64,000 nucleotides of DNA from contig JBMFIF010000002.1 of the NCBI GenBank assembly GCA_049976445.1, positions 5,115 to 69,114 on the forward strand. Reading direction: 5' to 3'. Under the pieces are notes generated by a model. It worked only from the letters and a program-made list of their open reading frames with translations, was not told the DNA's origin and did no database searches. The stretch is from Thermoprotei archaeon (GTDB lineage: Archaea > Thermoproteota > Thermoprotei > Gearchaeales > WAQG01). Positions 1-9,367 of the stretch are shown here, piece after piece. The position numbers were made by a program, and so were the translations under genes. Positions within the stretch are counted from its first letter, which is position 1. Each line of letters begins with the position of its first letter.

Positions 1-46
1 TGAGAAGTGATCCATTATTTAAAGGATAATAAAAGTGTAGGGTTTT

Positions 47-322
47 TTATTTTGTTTTTTGTGTTTTTTGTGCTGTGAGTGTTTTGTGTTTTGTGAGGTA
101 CCAGTATCTTAGGGCTATTGTTTTTCTGTTGTTTGTTGTTTTTGTTGGTTCTATGATTACTTTTCTTGGTATTTCTGTCGAGAGTCTTGTCCTGCATCTT
201 GGGCATCGACCGTTAATACTGTACCTCTTAATCACATCAACGGGACTGATAGCCTCCTCAGTATCATAATACAAAAGATAACCACAAGCCCTACACACAA
301 CACTCATCGGCATCCAACACAC
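47..322 (-). CDS. small zinc-ribbon protein, function unknown
   Basis: Two CxxC pairs (CRACG ... CPRCR) about 30 residues apart. The K/T-rich C-terminal tail is read through an (A)nCAC low-complexity tract, so the true 3' end is uncertain. Several Met codons near the N-terminus leave the start uncertain too. Confidence 0.35.
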   Translation of the reverse strand: MCWMPMSVVCRACGYLLYYDTEEAISPVDVIKRYSINGRCPRCRTRLSTEIPRKVIIEPTKTTNNRKTIALRYWYLTKHKTLTAQKTQKTK

Positions 323-496
323 CTTGAGGTATTATAAAAATTTCCAAAAAACTACTTATACTTAATCGCATGAAATAATATGATTTTTGATGATAGAAGT
401 TTTGCAGATTCGGTCTACTCTAATAAAATTTTGATGTGAATTAAGTTGAATTTATTCAAATAATATTTAGTTATTTGCTAAATTTTTTTGTAGTAA

Positions 497-1420
497 TTAT
501 ACTAGTCTAGGGCAAACGATGTATAATGGGCATGAAGAACAATATTTAACTTTATCACGGCACCAATATTTTCCAACAAGTTCTAATGCGGAGAGTATTT
601 TTGGGTTTTCAGGGAAAAGTTTGTCGCTTATTTTTTTAACTATTGTTGATATTTTCTCTTTATCCTGTATTTTTGCGTCTTCTTGTGTTATGAAGCCAAG
701 TTCTGTTAATGGTCTTAGTAGGGAATTGGTGATTGGTATTCTGATTTCATTGTGAACGTTCTCCCATAGCCCGTAGACCATTGTTATCTGCCAGATTGTC
801 ATGTCTGCAAATTCTGAATCGCAACTGGGTAGTGTGCTTAATGCTTGGCGAAGTATGTTGAGTGCATCTTTTTGATTTTTGGGTTTTCCATTTGAAATGA
901 TATTATTTATTATTTGCTTTTTTTCATTATATTCTAGATCTGTGTATTGGTTGATATCATCTTTTATTGTATTTACGAGATTCCATGAAAAGTCTATTAA
1001 ATCTTCGACATTACTATTTATTATCCATTTGGCAATTATGCTTAGTGTTTTGGATACTTTTTTAATCTGAGTTTCGTTCATGTTTTTTGCTTGTTTAATT
1101 GTTGAGAATGCTAAAAATACGTGTTCCTCATCTGTATATGATTCGATTGATGATGCAATATCGCCTATCTTATTCATTAATTTCCATGCAATGTGAAGTG
1201 TTTTATTTTTCATGATGTTATTTTGATGGTCTAGAAGGTTCACGAGCATTATTCCGAAGATTAAAGATTCTTTTGATAAGGAAATTTTATTAATACCTAT
1301 TTTACTCATTCGTTTCTCTATTCTATCGTTATTCTTCTCGTTCAACTCATATAATCTTTCTCTGAGATAACTGATGGTTCCATTTTTGATGTTAATCATT
1401 CCTTTGTCTGTTAGAAACAT
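497..1420 (-). CDS. divergent HhH-GPD / endonuclease III-like protein with Fe-S cluster loop, probably non-catalytic
   Basis: The C-terminus CRDKVKYCSSCPLYIVC fits the Cx6Cx2Cx5C [4Fe-4S] cluster loop of EndoIII/MutY. LSTLPSCDSEFADM looks like a degenerate helix-hairpin-helix (L..LPGIG.WTA). IPITNSLLRPLTELG aligns with the P-V/I-D..R..LG segment but has no Asp at the catalytic position. Confidence 0.4.
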   Translation of the reverse strand: MFLTDKGMINIKNGTISYLRERLYELNEKNNDRIEKRMSKIGINKISLSKESLIFGIMLVNLLDHQNNIMKNKTLHIAWKLMNKIGDIASSIESYTDEEHVFLAFSTIKQAKNMNETQIKKVSKTLSIIAKWIINSNVEDLIDFSWNLVNTIKDDINQYTDLEYNEKKQIINNIISNGKPKNQKDALNILRQALSTLPSCDSEFADMTIWQITMVYGLWENVHNEIRIPITNSLLRPLTELGFITQEDAKIQDKEKISTIVKKISDKLFPENPKILSALELVGKYWCRDKVKYCSSCPLYIVCPRLV

Positions 1421-1495
1421 AATTAAATCTAAATATAAACCTTCCTGATAATCTAGGATTTTAATCTCAGATTTTGGAAAGTATGAAAGTATAAT

Positions 1496-2638
1496 TTAGA
1501 GTGCTTTATGTTGTTCAAACCATTTTTGATAGCGCTCTATCATATCTTTAGTTATGCTTGGCTTTCTGTTTTTGATCACAATTTTAAAATCTTCCATCGT
1601 AATGCTTCTAGGCTCATTTCTGTTATTATGTTCAAAGAATTCTTCGATAACCTTTATGTGAGCATCTCTACACACATCTAGAATATCGCTAGCTGAGTAA
1701 CCCTCAGTCATTTTAGCTAACTCCTCAAGATCTATGGAAGGGTCTAGTTTAAGTTTTGATGTATAGAATTTAAATAACTCAATCCTAGACTTAAAATCTG
1801 GAGGAGGTACTAGTATTCTTTTTTGGAATCGTCTTATAAAAGCTTCATCTAACATCCAAGGTTTATTAGTAGTTCCGATAACAAATATGAGCCGATCTCT
1901 ATCTTTTTCCATTAATCCATCCATTTCTTTGAGTAGTTGTGTGCGCATTCTAGTCTCACCACCAACTTCCTGAAAATGTATTGATGCTAACGCGTCGACC
2001 TCATCTATAAGAATTATTACTGGCTTGTTCTGTGATTCTAGTCTCCTTGCTTCTTTGAATACTCTAGCAATATTTTTTTCTGATTCGCCAAGCCATTTTG
2101 ACATAACATTAGAACTATCAATAAGCATTACTATAGCGTTAATTTCATTTGCAACAGCTGCCATTAACATAGTCTTACCACAACCAGGTGGACCAAAGAG
2201 AAGAATACCCCTTGGCCAACCCAACGGAAAAAGATCACGTCTCTTTATTGGATACACTATTGAATGAATTATTGCTCTCTTTGCATCTTCAAGACCGATT
2301 ATATCCTCCCATCTAATATTCGGCCTGCTCCCCAAGATATACTCTGCATCAATGTTAGATCTTTCCTTTTCACTACTATAATAATAGTTACCAATTTCTT
2401 CTGGTTGATCTTCTAATAATTTTTCAAGCTCTTCGACTTTATTTCTATACATCATTATGTAACGTGCATAGTTCCTATTCATTATGCTATCTGGATATAA
2501 CTCAATTAATTTCGATAGTGCATCTATAGCTCTTCTATAATATCTAATTGCTTCACTATATTGTTTGTTATTTTCATATTGGATAGCTTTAGTGGCATTT
2601 TCCCGTGCATAATCTAACAGTTCTTTACTCGCATACAT
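1496..2638 (-). CDS. cdvC: CdvC / Vps4 AAA+ ATPase
   Basis: N-terminal MIT-like three-helix region (YARENATKAIQYENNKQYSEAIRYYRRAID...). Single AAA cassette with Walker A GPPGCGKT and Walker B VIILIDEVD. Sits directly downstream of ESCRT-III genes. Confidence 0.9.
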   Translation of the reverse strand: MYASKELLDYARENATKAIQYENNKQYSEAIRYYRRAIDALSKLIELYPDSIMNRNYARYIMMYRNKVEELEKLLEDQPEEIGNYYYSSEKERSNIDAEYILGSRPNIRWEDIIGLEDAKRAIIHSIVYPIKRRDLFPLGWPRGILLFGPPGCGKTMLMAAVANEINAIVMLIDSSNVMSKWLGESEKNIARVFKEARRLESQNKPVIILIDEVDALASIHFQEVGGETRMRTQLLKEMDGLMEKDRDRLIFVIGTTNKPWMLDEAFIRRFQKRILVPPPDFKSRIELFKFYTSKLKLDPSIDLEELAKMTEGYSASDILDVCRDAHIKVIEEFFEHNNRNEPRSITMEDFKIVIKNRKPSITKDMIERYQKWFEQHKAL

Positions 2639-2662
2639 TTGCTATCTACTCCTTCAGGTGAT

Positions 2663-3511
2663 TTACTCAGGTTTCAACTTACCGGCACGACTTAAACTGT
2701 CTATTGCCCTCCTTACATCATCAGGAGAAACGCCTAAATATCTAGCACAGTCCATTACATTAAGCTCACCATTATGTTCTAAAACCCACAAATAAACTTT
2801 ATCTTCCAGAGAGAGAAGTTTCTCAGTTCTCACGTTTATAACTTTATTTTGGGTACTTGAACTTTTATCAGACCTTGAAAGCGGGCCCTCTCCTATACTA
2901 ATAGACTCAGCAACCTTTTGAACTTTATCGGTAATCTTCTCTTTAGAAGCTGTAGGAGGTTCAGGTAATAAAGACCTTTCTTTTATCATAGTACCTGCAA
3001 CTGCAGCGGCTTCTTTCAGGATCTTATTCAGATCTGCATCACTTGTATCTAAGGGTAATGTTTCAAATGTATCTGGATATTTTGCACCTAACTGTTCAAG
3101 TACAGCGTTTGATAAGACATTAAGATCGTTTTCAAGTTCTGGTGCGATTTGTGGTATTACAGTACGAACATCGCTTATAAGACCTTGTAATGAGGAAAGT
3201 AGACTAGCAGCATCACCTAACTCAATAATTGTCTCAAGTCGTAACAGTAGTTGCTCTAATGAAATACTTGCACTTTCAACAGATTTAACTAGCTTCCTTA
3301 ATTCAGCTACCTCATTAGCATATATTGTAGCATATTGAGCATTTCCTGATGCTTGAGCTGTTACAACCTTGTCAAACATCTCTTTCTCTTTTTTCCTCAA
3401 CCTGTATTTGGCTAATTCTAAACGTGAAACATAACTTCTAAGTTTTATTATAGTATCATTAATTATATCTTTAAGATCACGCCTTCTTTTTAAAAAATTT
3501 ATTCTAACCAT
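2663..3511 (-). CDS. cdvB: CdvB, an ESCRT-III (Snf7-like) protein with C-terminal winged helix
   Basis: Coiled-coil Snf7-like core. Proline-rich LLPEPPTAS segment resembles the MIM2 motif that binds the Vps4 MIT domain. C-terminal wH-like LWVLEHNGELNVMDCARYLGVSPDDVRRAIDSLSRAGKL. AGGAG SD upstream of the ATG. Confidence 0.75.
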   Translation of the reverse strand: MVRINFLKRRRDLKDIINDTIIKLRSYVSRLELAKYRLRKKEKEMFDKVVTAQASGNAQYATIYANEVAELRKLVKSVESASISLEQLLLRLETIIELGDAASLLSSLQGLISDVRTVIPQIAPELENDLNVLSNAVLEQLGAKYPDTFETLPLDTSDADLNKILKEAAAVAGTMIKERSLLPEPPTASKEKITDKVQKVAESISIGEGPLSRSDKSSSTQNKVINVRTEKLLSLEDKVYLWVLEHNGELNVMDCARYLGVSPDDVRRAIDSLSRAGKLKPE

Positions 3512-3525
3512 GATGAATCAGCTCC

Positions 3526-3544
3526 TTCCCCATAATTAGGGGAA
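3526..3544 (-). promoter_or_regulatory. short hairpin abutting the cdvB Shine-Dalgarno site
   Basis: ttcccc-ataatta-ggggaa is a 6-bp stem. On the minus strand its 3' arm runs directly into AAGGAG, 10 nt upstream of the cdvB ATG. Confidence 0.3.
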
Positions 3545-3635
3545 ATAAACGAAGAAAAAGTGAGAAAAAATGATTGTTAATAAAAAAGAAAAAATGATAT
3601 GAAAATAAAAAATTATTTAGGCTATTTATATCATC

Positions 3636-3666
3636 CGCCGCTGAGGCATGTTCATAGCCTGCGGCG
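3636..3666 (-). promoter_or_regulatory. GC-rich stem-loop between the ESCRT-III paralog and cdvB (terminator, attenuator or processing site candidate)
   Basis: cgccgc-tg-aggc / loop atgttcata / gcct-gcggcg gives 6+4 bp with a 2-nt bulge. It is conspicuously GC-rich against an AT-rich background. Confidence 0.35.
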
Positions 3667-3686
3667 TCCATATTATGCACCTAGTT

Positions 3687-4325
3687 TTATGTAGTTGAGG
3701 GGCCTTTCTCTTTTTCTGGACTTGGAAGCTCTGAAAACTCTTTGCTTCTACTTTCAGCAACAGCCTGTGCTTCTTTGAGTATTTTTTCAGCTTCTTCACT
3801 CTGTGGACCGAAGGCTCCAAAGTGAACGCCTGAGATCTCTCCAGCTTCAGTGAGTACAGATGTTAGTGCTTCGCCTATGTCGCCTAGTTCTCTCTCAGCT
3901 TCAGGTAATATGCCTATTAATTGTCTCTTAACAGCGTTCACAACACCTATTGCAGGTTCGATTGCAGCAACAACATCACCTATCTCTTTAATCGTACCAA
4001 GTCTTAATATTACGGATTCTAGTGCTATCTTACTCTGAAGTACTACTTTGGCAACTTTTCTTACTCCAGCTACTTCGTTAGCATACATGTATGCACGATC
4101 AGAATCATTCTTTATGTACGCGTTAACCAATTGCTCGAAAAGTCTGCGATCTCGCTCTTGTAAACGGTGATAAAGTTGGTCGAGTTTCATAGTTTGAGTT
4201 TCAAGTTTTCTTGTAACTTGGTCGATTTTATTCTTTAACGGTGGTGATGGATATACTGCATCCCTTATTCTTCCCGAAAGGGGCTCTTTCGGCTCCCTTT
4301 CCCATCTTCTTGCGAAGTTTGCCAT
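3687..4325 (-). CDS. ESCRT-III (CdvB paralog) without winged helix
   Basis: Helical pattern is collinear with the neighbouring CdvB (YANEVAGVRKVAKVV vs YANEVAELRKLVKSV; ILRLGTIKEIGD vs LLRLETIIELGD). Short Pro-rich C-terminal tail ELPSPEKEKGP. Confidence 0.65.
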   Translation of the reverse strand: MANFARRWEREPKEPLSGRIRDAVYPSPPLKNKIDQVTRKLETQTMKLDQLYHRLQERDRRLFEQLVNAYIKNDSDRAYMYANEVAGVRKVAKVVLQSKIALESVILRLGTIKEIGDVVAAIEPAIGVVNAVKRQLIGILPEAERELGDIGEALTSVLTEAGEISGVHFGAFGPQSEEAEKILKEAQAVAESRSKEFSELPSPEKEKGPSTT

Positions 4326-4565
4326 TTATTTATCACCAAATCTATGATAACAAAATACTAAAATAAAAGAGAAGTATTTTGCATACCTCAAAGCATAAAT
4401 GAAAATATGCTATAAAATGTTCATTAAATAACAGCAAAACATTTCATGTATGGGTTATAAAATGGGAATGAAGCATTATGATAAGCAATAAATTAGTTTA
4501 GAATTATTCGTACGTTAAACACTACAAAATCTCGTGTACTTTAAAAAGACACTCATTAGCTTATT

Positions 4566-5957
4566 TTATCCTAACATAAGTTTAATGCTTCTGAGGAAAT
4601 CTGAAAAGCATTCGCGAGCAATGTTTGTTATTGATAAATCTTTTTTACTGATGTTTTTGGATAATCGTTCTATTCTATATGATACAGGTGGATGTGCATC
4701 AAACCATTTTAACCACGAATAGGCTCTAGTAGAGTAATCTTGTTCATACTTGAGTCTTCTATATCCTATCCTCTTTAATGCCTCTATGAGGGAATCAGCG
4801 CTATTTGTATAAAATGCTCCTACTAGGTCAGCTCTTTCCTCAAAAAATTTTGCGATGAAAAATACTGTTGTGAAGGAGAGCATTAGGTATAAGTAAGCTA
4901 ATATGATTGGTATGTTTAATGTTATGAGAATTCTTATGATGTATTCAATAGAGAATAATGTTGATACTATTATAGGATCGTAATTGACTATGTGACTAAA
5001 TTCGTGAGCAATGACAGCCTTGATCTCATTTTCTTTTAATGTCATCAGTAGACCAATCGTTATTGCTATGGTAGCATATCTTTTTGAGATACCTGTTGCT
5101 GCAGCGTTTGATATTGTTGTATTTATTAGAGTGATTTTAGGCATGTTGATACGAAAGTTTTTTCTTACTTCATCAACTAGTCCGTATACATCTATACTAG
5201 TTATCTTAACATTCAGAACGTTTATGCCATATTTGTTTAGTATGTTTGTTACTGTCAGGTTGTCTATGGAGTTGTTTATTTTTATTGTTTGTTCGTAGAT
5301 TTCTTTTTTAATTTGTGCTTTATTTTTAGATATTATGTTAATGCTTTTTATGTATTCATTTTCTGGTATCCAGCATTCGACTATGTATGCGTGTCGATTA
5401 TCTTGAGTGATTTTGTAGTCACTAATTTTTAGCATTATCTTATCTGAGAATAGCAAGATTACATATTGACTTAGAACTAATAATATTGGTAAATAATATC
5501 CTAAAAAGTAAAAGCCGATTGTAGCTATTAGAATTAATATACCAATCATAGCGATTGGGTTTCCTAAAAGAAGTTTTAGTATAATATTTTCTGTTCTCGA
5601 TTTTTCTGTTAAGTAATACTTATCTGTGAAAAGGAAAGCGACGGATTTTGCAGGTTGTTGTAATGTGAGAGCTGGATAGAGTAAGCCTTTTATTATCTCA
5701 TACGCCTTGTTAGCAATTTTAATATCCCCGTTTGACCAGATTACTACCATTGGTTCTTCTTCAGGGACTATTATTGCTCGTGCATTTATTTGTTGTAAGG
5801 ATATCTCTATTGCACTGTAATTCTGGAAAGTTGTTTCTGTAAAAGGTATGTTTTTTTCTTCAATTTTTTTCTTTACATCATTTTTGTTTAAGGATTCTGG
5901 TAATCGATATATGAATGGTATGTTGCTATCTTCTGGACTAGCCAGCATCAAAGTCAC
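4566..5957 (-). CDS. membrane-bound M48-family zinc metalloprotease (HtpX-like) with N-terminal soluble domain
   Basis: HEFSH (HExxH) motif between predicted TM segments. C-terminal AHPPVSYRIERL is typical of HtpX/M48. Confidence 0.7.
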   Translation of the reverse strand: MTLMLASPEDSNIPFIYRLPESLNKNDVKKKIEEKNIPFTETTFQNYSAIEISLQQINARAIIVPEEEPMVVIWSNGDIKIANKAYEIIKGLLYPALTLQQPAKSVAFLFTDKYYLTEKSRTENIILKLLLGNPIAMIGILILIATIGFYFLGYYLPILLVLSQYVILLFSDKIMLKISDYKITQDNRHAYIVECWIPENEYIKSINIISKNKAQIKKEIYEQTIKINNSIDNLTVTNILNKYGINVLNVKITSIDVYGLVDEVRKNFRINMPKITLINTTISNAAATGISKRYATIAITIGLLMTLKENEIKAVIAHEFSHIVNYDPIIVSTLFSIEYIIRILITLNIPIILAYLYLMLSFTTVFFIAKFFEERADLVGAFYTNSADSLIEALKRIGYRRLKYEQDYSTRAYSWLKWFDAHPPVSYRIERLSKNISKKDLSITNIARECFSDFLRSIKLMLG

Positions 5958-6228
5958 CTAAGTAGTTTAGGCTTCTTGAAATGCTAAATTGACCATAAAT
6001 TGTTAATAATTGTGATTGTATGTATGAGATTAGTTCATTAAAGTTTTCTATGAGTTGTTTCTCTGCATTATCAGCTGAGGTTTCACTCCGAACTATATGA
6101 TAATACGCTTTCAAACTTAAGTATCGTGCTGATCTGCTGTTTATTTTTAATCCCATCATGCGTGCCTCGTGTCTTATGAGCTTCTCAATATCTTTAATAA
6201 AATAATGCCAAAATGTCATTTTTCCCAC
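5938..6228 (-). CDS. hypothetical small protein
   Basis: 96-aa ORF tightly packed between asnS (3-nt gap) and the M48 protease (20-nt overlap). No recognisable motif. Confidence 0.3.
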   Translation of the reverse strand: MGKMTFWHYFIKDIEKLIRHEARMMGLKINSRSARYLSLKAYYHIVRSETSADNAEKQLIENFNELISYIQSQLLTIYGQFSISRSLNYLGDFDAG

Positions 6229-6231
6229 TCT

Positions 6232-7563
6232 TCAGGGGTATATTCGTGTCGGTGTTCTTGGGAACATAATAGCATCTCTAACATGTGGAAGACCAGCTAT
6301 CCATTTTATAAATCTTTCTATTCCAAGGCCAAATCCAGCATGTGGAACAGATCCATACCTGCGAAGATCAATGTACCACTCATAATCTTCTGGTTTAAGA
6401 TCAAAATCCTTAATTCTCCTAAGGAGTAGATCTAGGTCATGTATTCTTTGACCACCACTAGTTATTTCTCCTAATCCAGGGGCGTAGAAATCTGATGAAA
6501 GAGTAACATCTGGCCTTTGAGGATCAGGCATATGATAAAATGACCTAGTAGAGACTGGGAATTTCGTTACAAAAAACGGTGTATCAAAACTGTTTGCTAA
6601 AACTTTTTCAGCTTCAGCACCAAAATCTTCACCCCACTTCATAGAAATCCCTTTAGAAGAAAGTAGGTCCAAGGCTTCATCGTAAGTAATTCTTGGATAT
6701 GGTGGTTCAGAAATCTTTATGCTATCTCTTCCTAAAACTGTTAGCTCACGCTTTCTCTCTTCAATAACCTTCTTCGCAGCATGATATACAAGCTCCTCCT
6801 CTACACGCATTATATCATCATGATCAGCAAAAGCTACCTCAGCCTCTAAATGCCAAAATTCAGTAAGATGTTTAGGTGTTCTGGATTTCTCGGCTCTGAA
6901 TGACGGTTCTAACGAATAAACTTTTTCGAACGCAAAAATAGCAGCTTCTAGATAAAACTGCGAACTCTGTGTTAGATAAGCTGTTTTACCAAAATATCTC
7001 ACAGGAAATAACGTTGCACCACCTTCAACAGCTGCAGTAATAAATATAGGAGCCTGTACTTCTACAAATCCATTTGCATCAAGCCACTCTCTAAAACCCT
7101 TTATAGCCGTTTCTCGTATTCTTAAAACAGCAATGATCTTAGGTCTCCGAAGCTGTAAATGCCTATGATCAAGCAAAAACTTCTTACCAACACCCTTCCT
7201 TATAGGAAAATCATGAGAAACACCAATAATCTCAACAGACTTAGCACTAATCTCAACACCACCAGGAGCCCTAGGATCTTTCCTTAACGTACCAATAACT
7301 TTCAAAGATGCCTCCCTATCCAATTGCGCAATCATATTATAAACATCTTCGCCTACAATATTCTTTCTAACAGCAACCTGTATAGACCCAGTACTATCCC
7401 TTAAATTAATAAAAGTTAGACCACCATGAACCCTTAAATTTTCAGCCCAACCTAATAACTCAACCTCTGAACCTTCATCCTTAGAAACGATATCCGATAC
7501 AAACATCCTCTTACCTAATGCAATCCTTCTTACATTATTTGCCACACTTAACCACTCCACCAC
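6232..7563 (-). CDS. asnS: asparaginyl-tRNA synthetase (class IIb)
   Basis: Motif 2 FRAEKSRTPKHLTEFWHLEAEVAF and motif 3 GFGLGIERFIKWIAG. The C-terminal FPRTPTRIYP is AsnRS-like rather than AspRS-like. N-terminal OB-fold region present. Confidence 0.75.
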   Translation of the reverse strand: MVEWLSVANNVRRIALGKRMFVSDIVSKDEGSEVELLGWAENLRVHGGLTFINLRDSTGSIQVAVRKNIVGEDVYNMIAQLDREASLKVIGTLRKDPRAPGGVEISAKSVEIIGVSHDFPIRKGVGKKFLLDHRHLQLRRPKIIAVLRIRETAIKGFREWLDANGFVEVQAPIFITAAVEGGATLFPVRYFGKTAYLTQSSQFYLEAAIFAFEKVYSLEPSFRAEKSRTPKHLTEFWHLEAEVAFADHDDIMRVEEELVYHAAKKVIEERKRELTVLGRDSIKISEPPYPRITYDEALDLLSSKGISMKWGEDFGAEAEKVLANSFDTPFFVTKFPVSTRSFYHMPDPQRPDVTLSSDFYAPGLGEITSGGQRIHDLDLLLRRIKDFDLKPEDYEWYIDLRRYGSVPHAGFGLGIERFIKWIAGLPHVRDAIMFPRTPTRIYP

Positions 7564-7756
7564 TTCAGCTCATTCCTATCTGATACAAACAAAAATATTT
7601 ATCGCTTTCAAAACATCTTCACAAAAAATAAAATAGTAAGTCATTCATAAAAATTTGTACGCTTTGCTAAATAATTCGGAATTACTTCTTAAAGTTATTA
7701 TATCATTCAAGAATAGTAAAGTATTTATAAATGTTGTGCTATGAAAATGTTGCATT

Positions 7757-8431
7757 ATGATGAAAAGTATTAAAAGTCTGTTACATAGTAGAGAGCATGA
7801 TATTTTACGAATGGTAGTGGAACAAACTACGATTGTGCGTGATTCTATCTTTTTACTTGAGGATTTATTTCAGAAATTAAAGAATGGAGATTGGGGATAT
7901 GCGATAGAAAAAAGTTTAGAAATTGCTAGGGAAGAGCATAAGACTGATGTCAAGCGGGAAGAGATAGCTACTAAAATCTTTAAAGAAGCCTATATGCCAG
8001 ATTTCAGAGAAGCAATATTAATGCTAATTGAGAAAATAGATGAAGTAATAGATTCAATAAAGGATACTTCCAGAATTATAACGCAGAGAAAATTTGATGA
8101 AAAAATATTGAATGTTTTAGAGCCGGAGTTCACTGCTTATGTTAAATTATGCGTGAAAGCTGTTGAAACGATGTATTTTTCAATAAGCAAGCTTATTATT
8201 AACATTGATGAATCTATAAAACTTATAAATGAGATTAAATCGTTAGAGGTTCAAGTTGATGAGATGAAAATGTTATTGATAAAGCGCATATATAACATAG
8301 ATGAGAAAACAATCAGCATATTAACACTACTTCAAATTAAGGATGTTATTCTCTTTATGGATAATATTGTTGATAATGCTGAGGATGTCGGTGATGTTCT
8401 TCAACTCTTATACTTTACTATAAAAAGTTAA
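7757..8431 (+). CDS. DUF47 / PhoU-like phosphate transport regulator
   Basis: About 220-aa all-helical protein with the acidic repeats typical of the DUF47 family that normally accompanies PiT transporters. Its 3' end overlaps the convergent PiT gene by 14 nt. Confidence 0.55.
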   Translation: MMKSIKSLLHSREHDILRMVVEQTTIVRDSIFLLEDLFQKLKNGDWGYAIEKSLEIAREEHKTDVKREEIATKIFKEAYMPDFREAILMLIEKIDEVIDSIKDTSRIITQRKFDEKILNVLEPEFTAYVKLCVKAVETMYFSISKLIINIDESIKLINEIKSLEVQVDEMKMLLIKRIYNIDEKTISILTLLQIKDVILFMDNIVDNAEDVGDVLQLLYFTIKS

Positions 8432-9356
8432 GTATCAAATACACGAATAAGGAAATAGTTGTTCCAATAATTGGTGCTATGATCCAGTTCTTAAACATTT
8501 TCATAGAGCTGCCAACACGTAGGCTTCCCTTGGCAAGGTTTATACCGATTAGACTTCCTGTTATTGTTTGAGTTACTGATATTGGTATACCTATTGCTGT
8601 GAAAAATTGTATTATGATATTGGACGAAAGGAGAGCTGAGACAGTTGCTATACGACCTAATCTGCTGAGACGAAAACCAACTTCAATAAATATTCTTTTG
8701 CTCATTATAAGTAATCCTAGTGCACCAGCGATACCATTGATTAATAAAAGTTCAGTATAACCAATCTGTATTGAAGAAACCCTAATAATAGATATAATAA
8801 AACCAATCACATTCGCACCAACCAAATACGAATTATATAAACTCATAAACACGATTAGAAATTTTATCTTAAAACTTAAACCTACATCAGGCTTTAAAAA
8901 TGAATACCTATAAAAGATATTATAAAAAAACGCTGACAAAAATACTGATACTACAACACTAACTATCCATGATATAACAGTAAACAAAAAATAATTCCAA
9001 TTGATCATAAATATTCCTGCTGCTGCAAACCCCGCTATAGAAACTATCACCAATTGAGATACTGAAGTAGGAACACCAATTGCACTCAATAATATAAGAG
9101 TGACTATTGATGAAATCATTATGGATAAGAGCTCATCAGGTTTGCCATTAACTATCAACGTACTACCATAATTAATCATTAACGTTGCGTTTATTATAAC
9201 ACCAGCAAGAATCCCTAAAGCACAAAAAAACACAGCAGTCTTTCTCTTTAAAATGCCTGAACCCATAAGAACAGCCGGATTAATAGCAGAATTGTTTCCA
9301 CCACTTGTTAAGCTTAAAATAATACCCGCAGATAAAATTATAATCTCTTTAATAAT
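8418..9356 (-). CDS. PiT-family inorganic phosphate transporter (start extended to ATT at 9356)
   Basis: Polytopic membrane protein. The C-terminal PiT repeat is GIPISVTQTITGSLIGINLAKG. The N-terminal PiT signature region (SGGNNSAINPAVLMGSG, compare GANDVAN.I...VGSG) lies upstream of the first ATG (9266). Between that ATG and the in-frame TGA at 9363-9365 there is no ATG, GTG or TTG. GAGGTGA at 9363-9369 is followed after 6 nt by ATT. Confidence 0.6.
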   Translation of the reverse strand: MIKEIIILSAGIILSLTSGGNNSAINPAVLMGSGILKRKTAVFFCALGILAGVIINATLMINYGSTLIVNGKPDELLSIMISSIVTLILLSAIGVPTSVSQLVIVSIAGFAAAGIFMINWNYFLFTVISWIVSVVVSVFLSAFFYNIFYRYSFLKPDVGLSFKIKFLIVFMSLYNSYLVGANVIGFIISIIRVSSIQIGYTELLLINGIAGALGLLIMSKRIFIEVGFRLSRLGRIATVSALLSSNIIIQFFTAIGIPISVTQTITGSLIGINLAKGSLRVGSSMKMFKNWIIAPIIGTTISLFVYLILNFL

Positions 9357-9367
9357 TCCTATTCACC

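Noticed and set aside
3511-3560. ATGATGA (C-box-like) followed by possible guide sequence, considered as a C/D box sRNA
   Set aside because: The ATGATGA is the reverse complement of the cdvB start region. No D/D' CTGA boxes occur at the required spacing on either strand.
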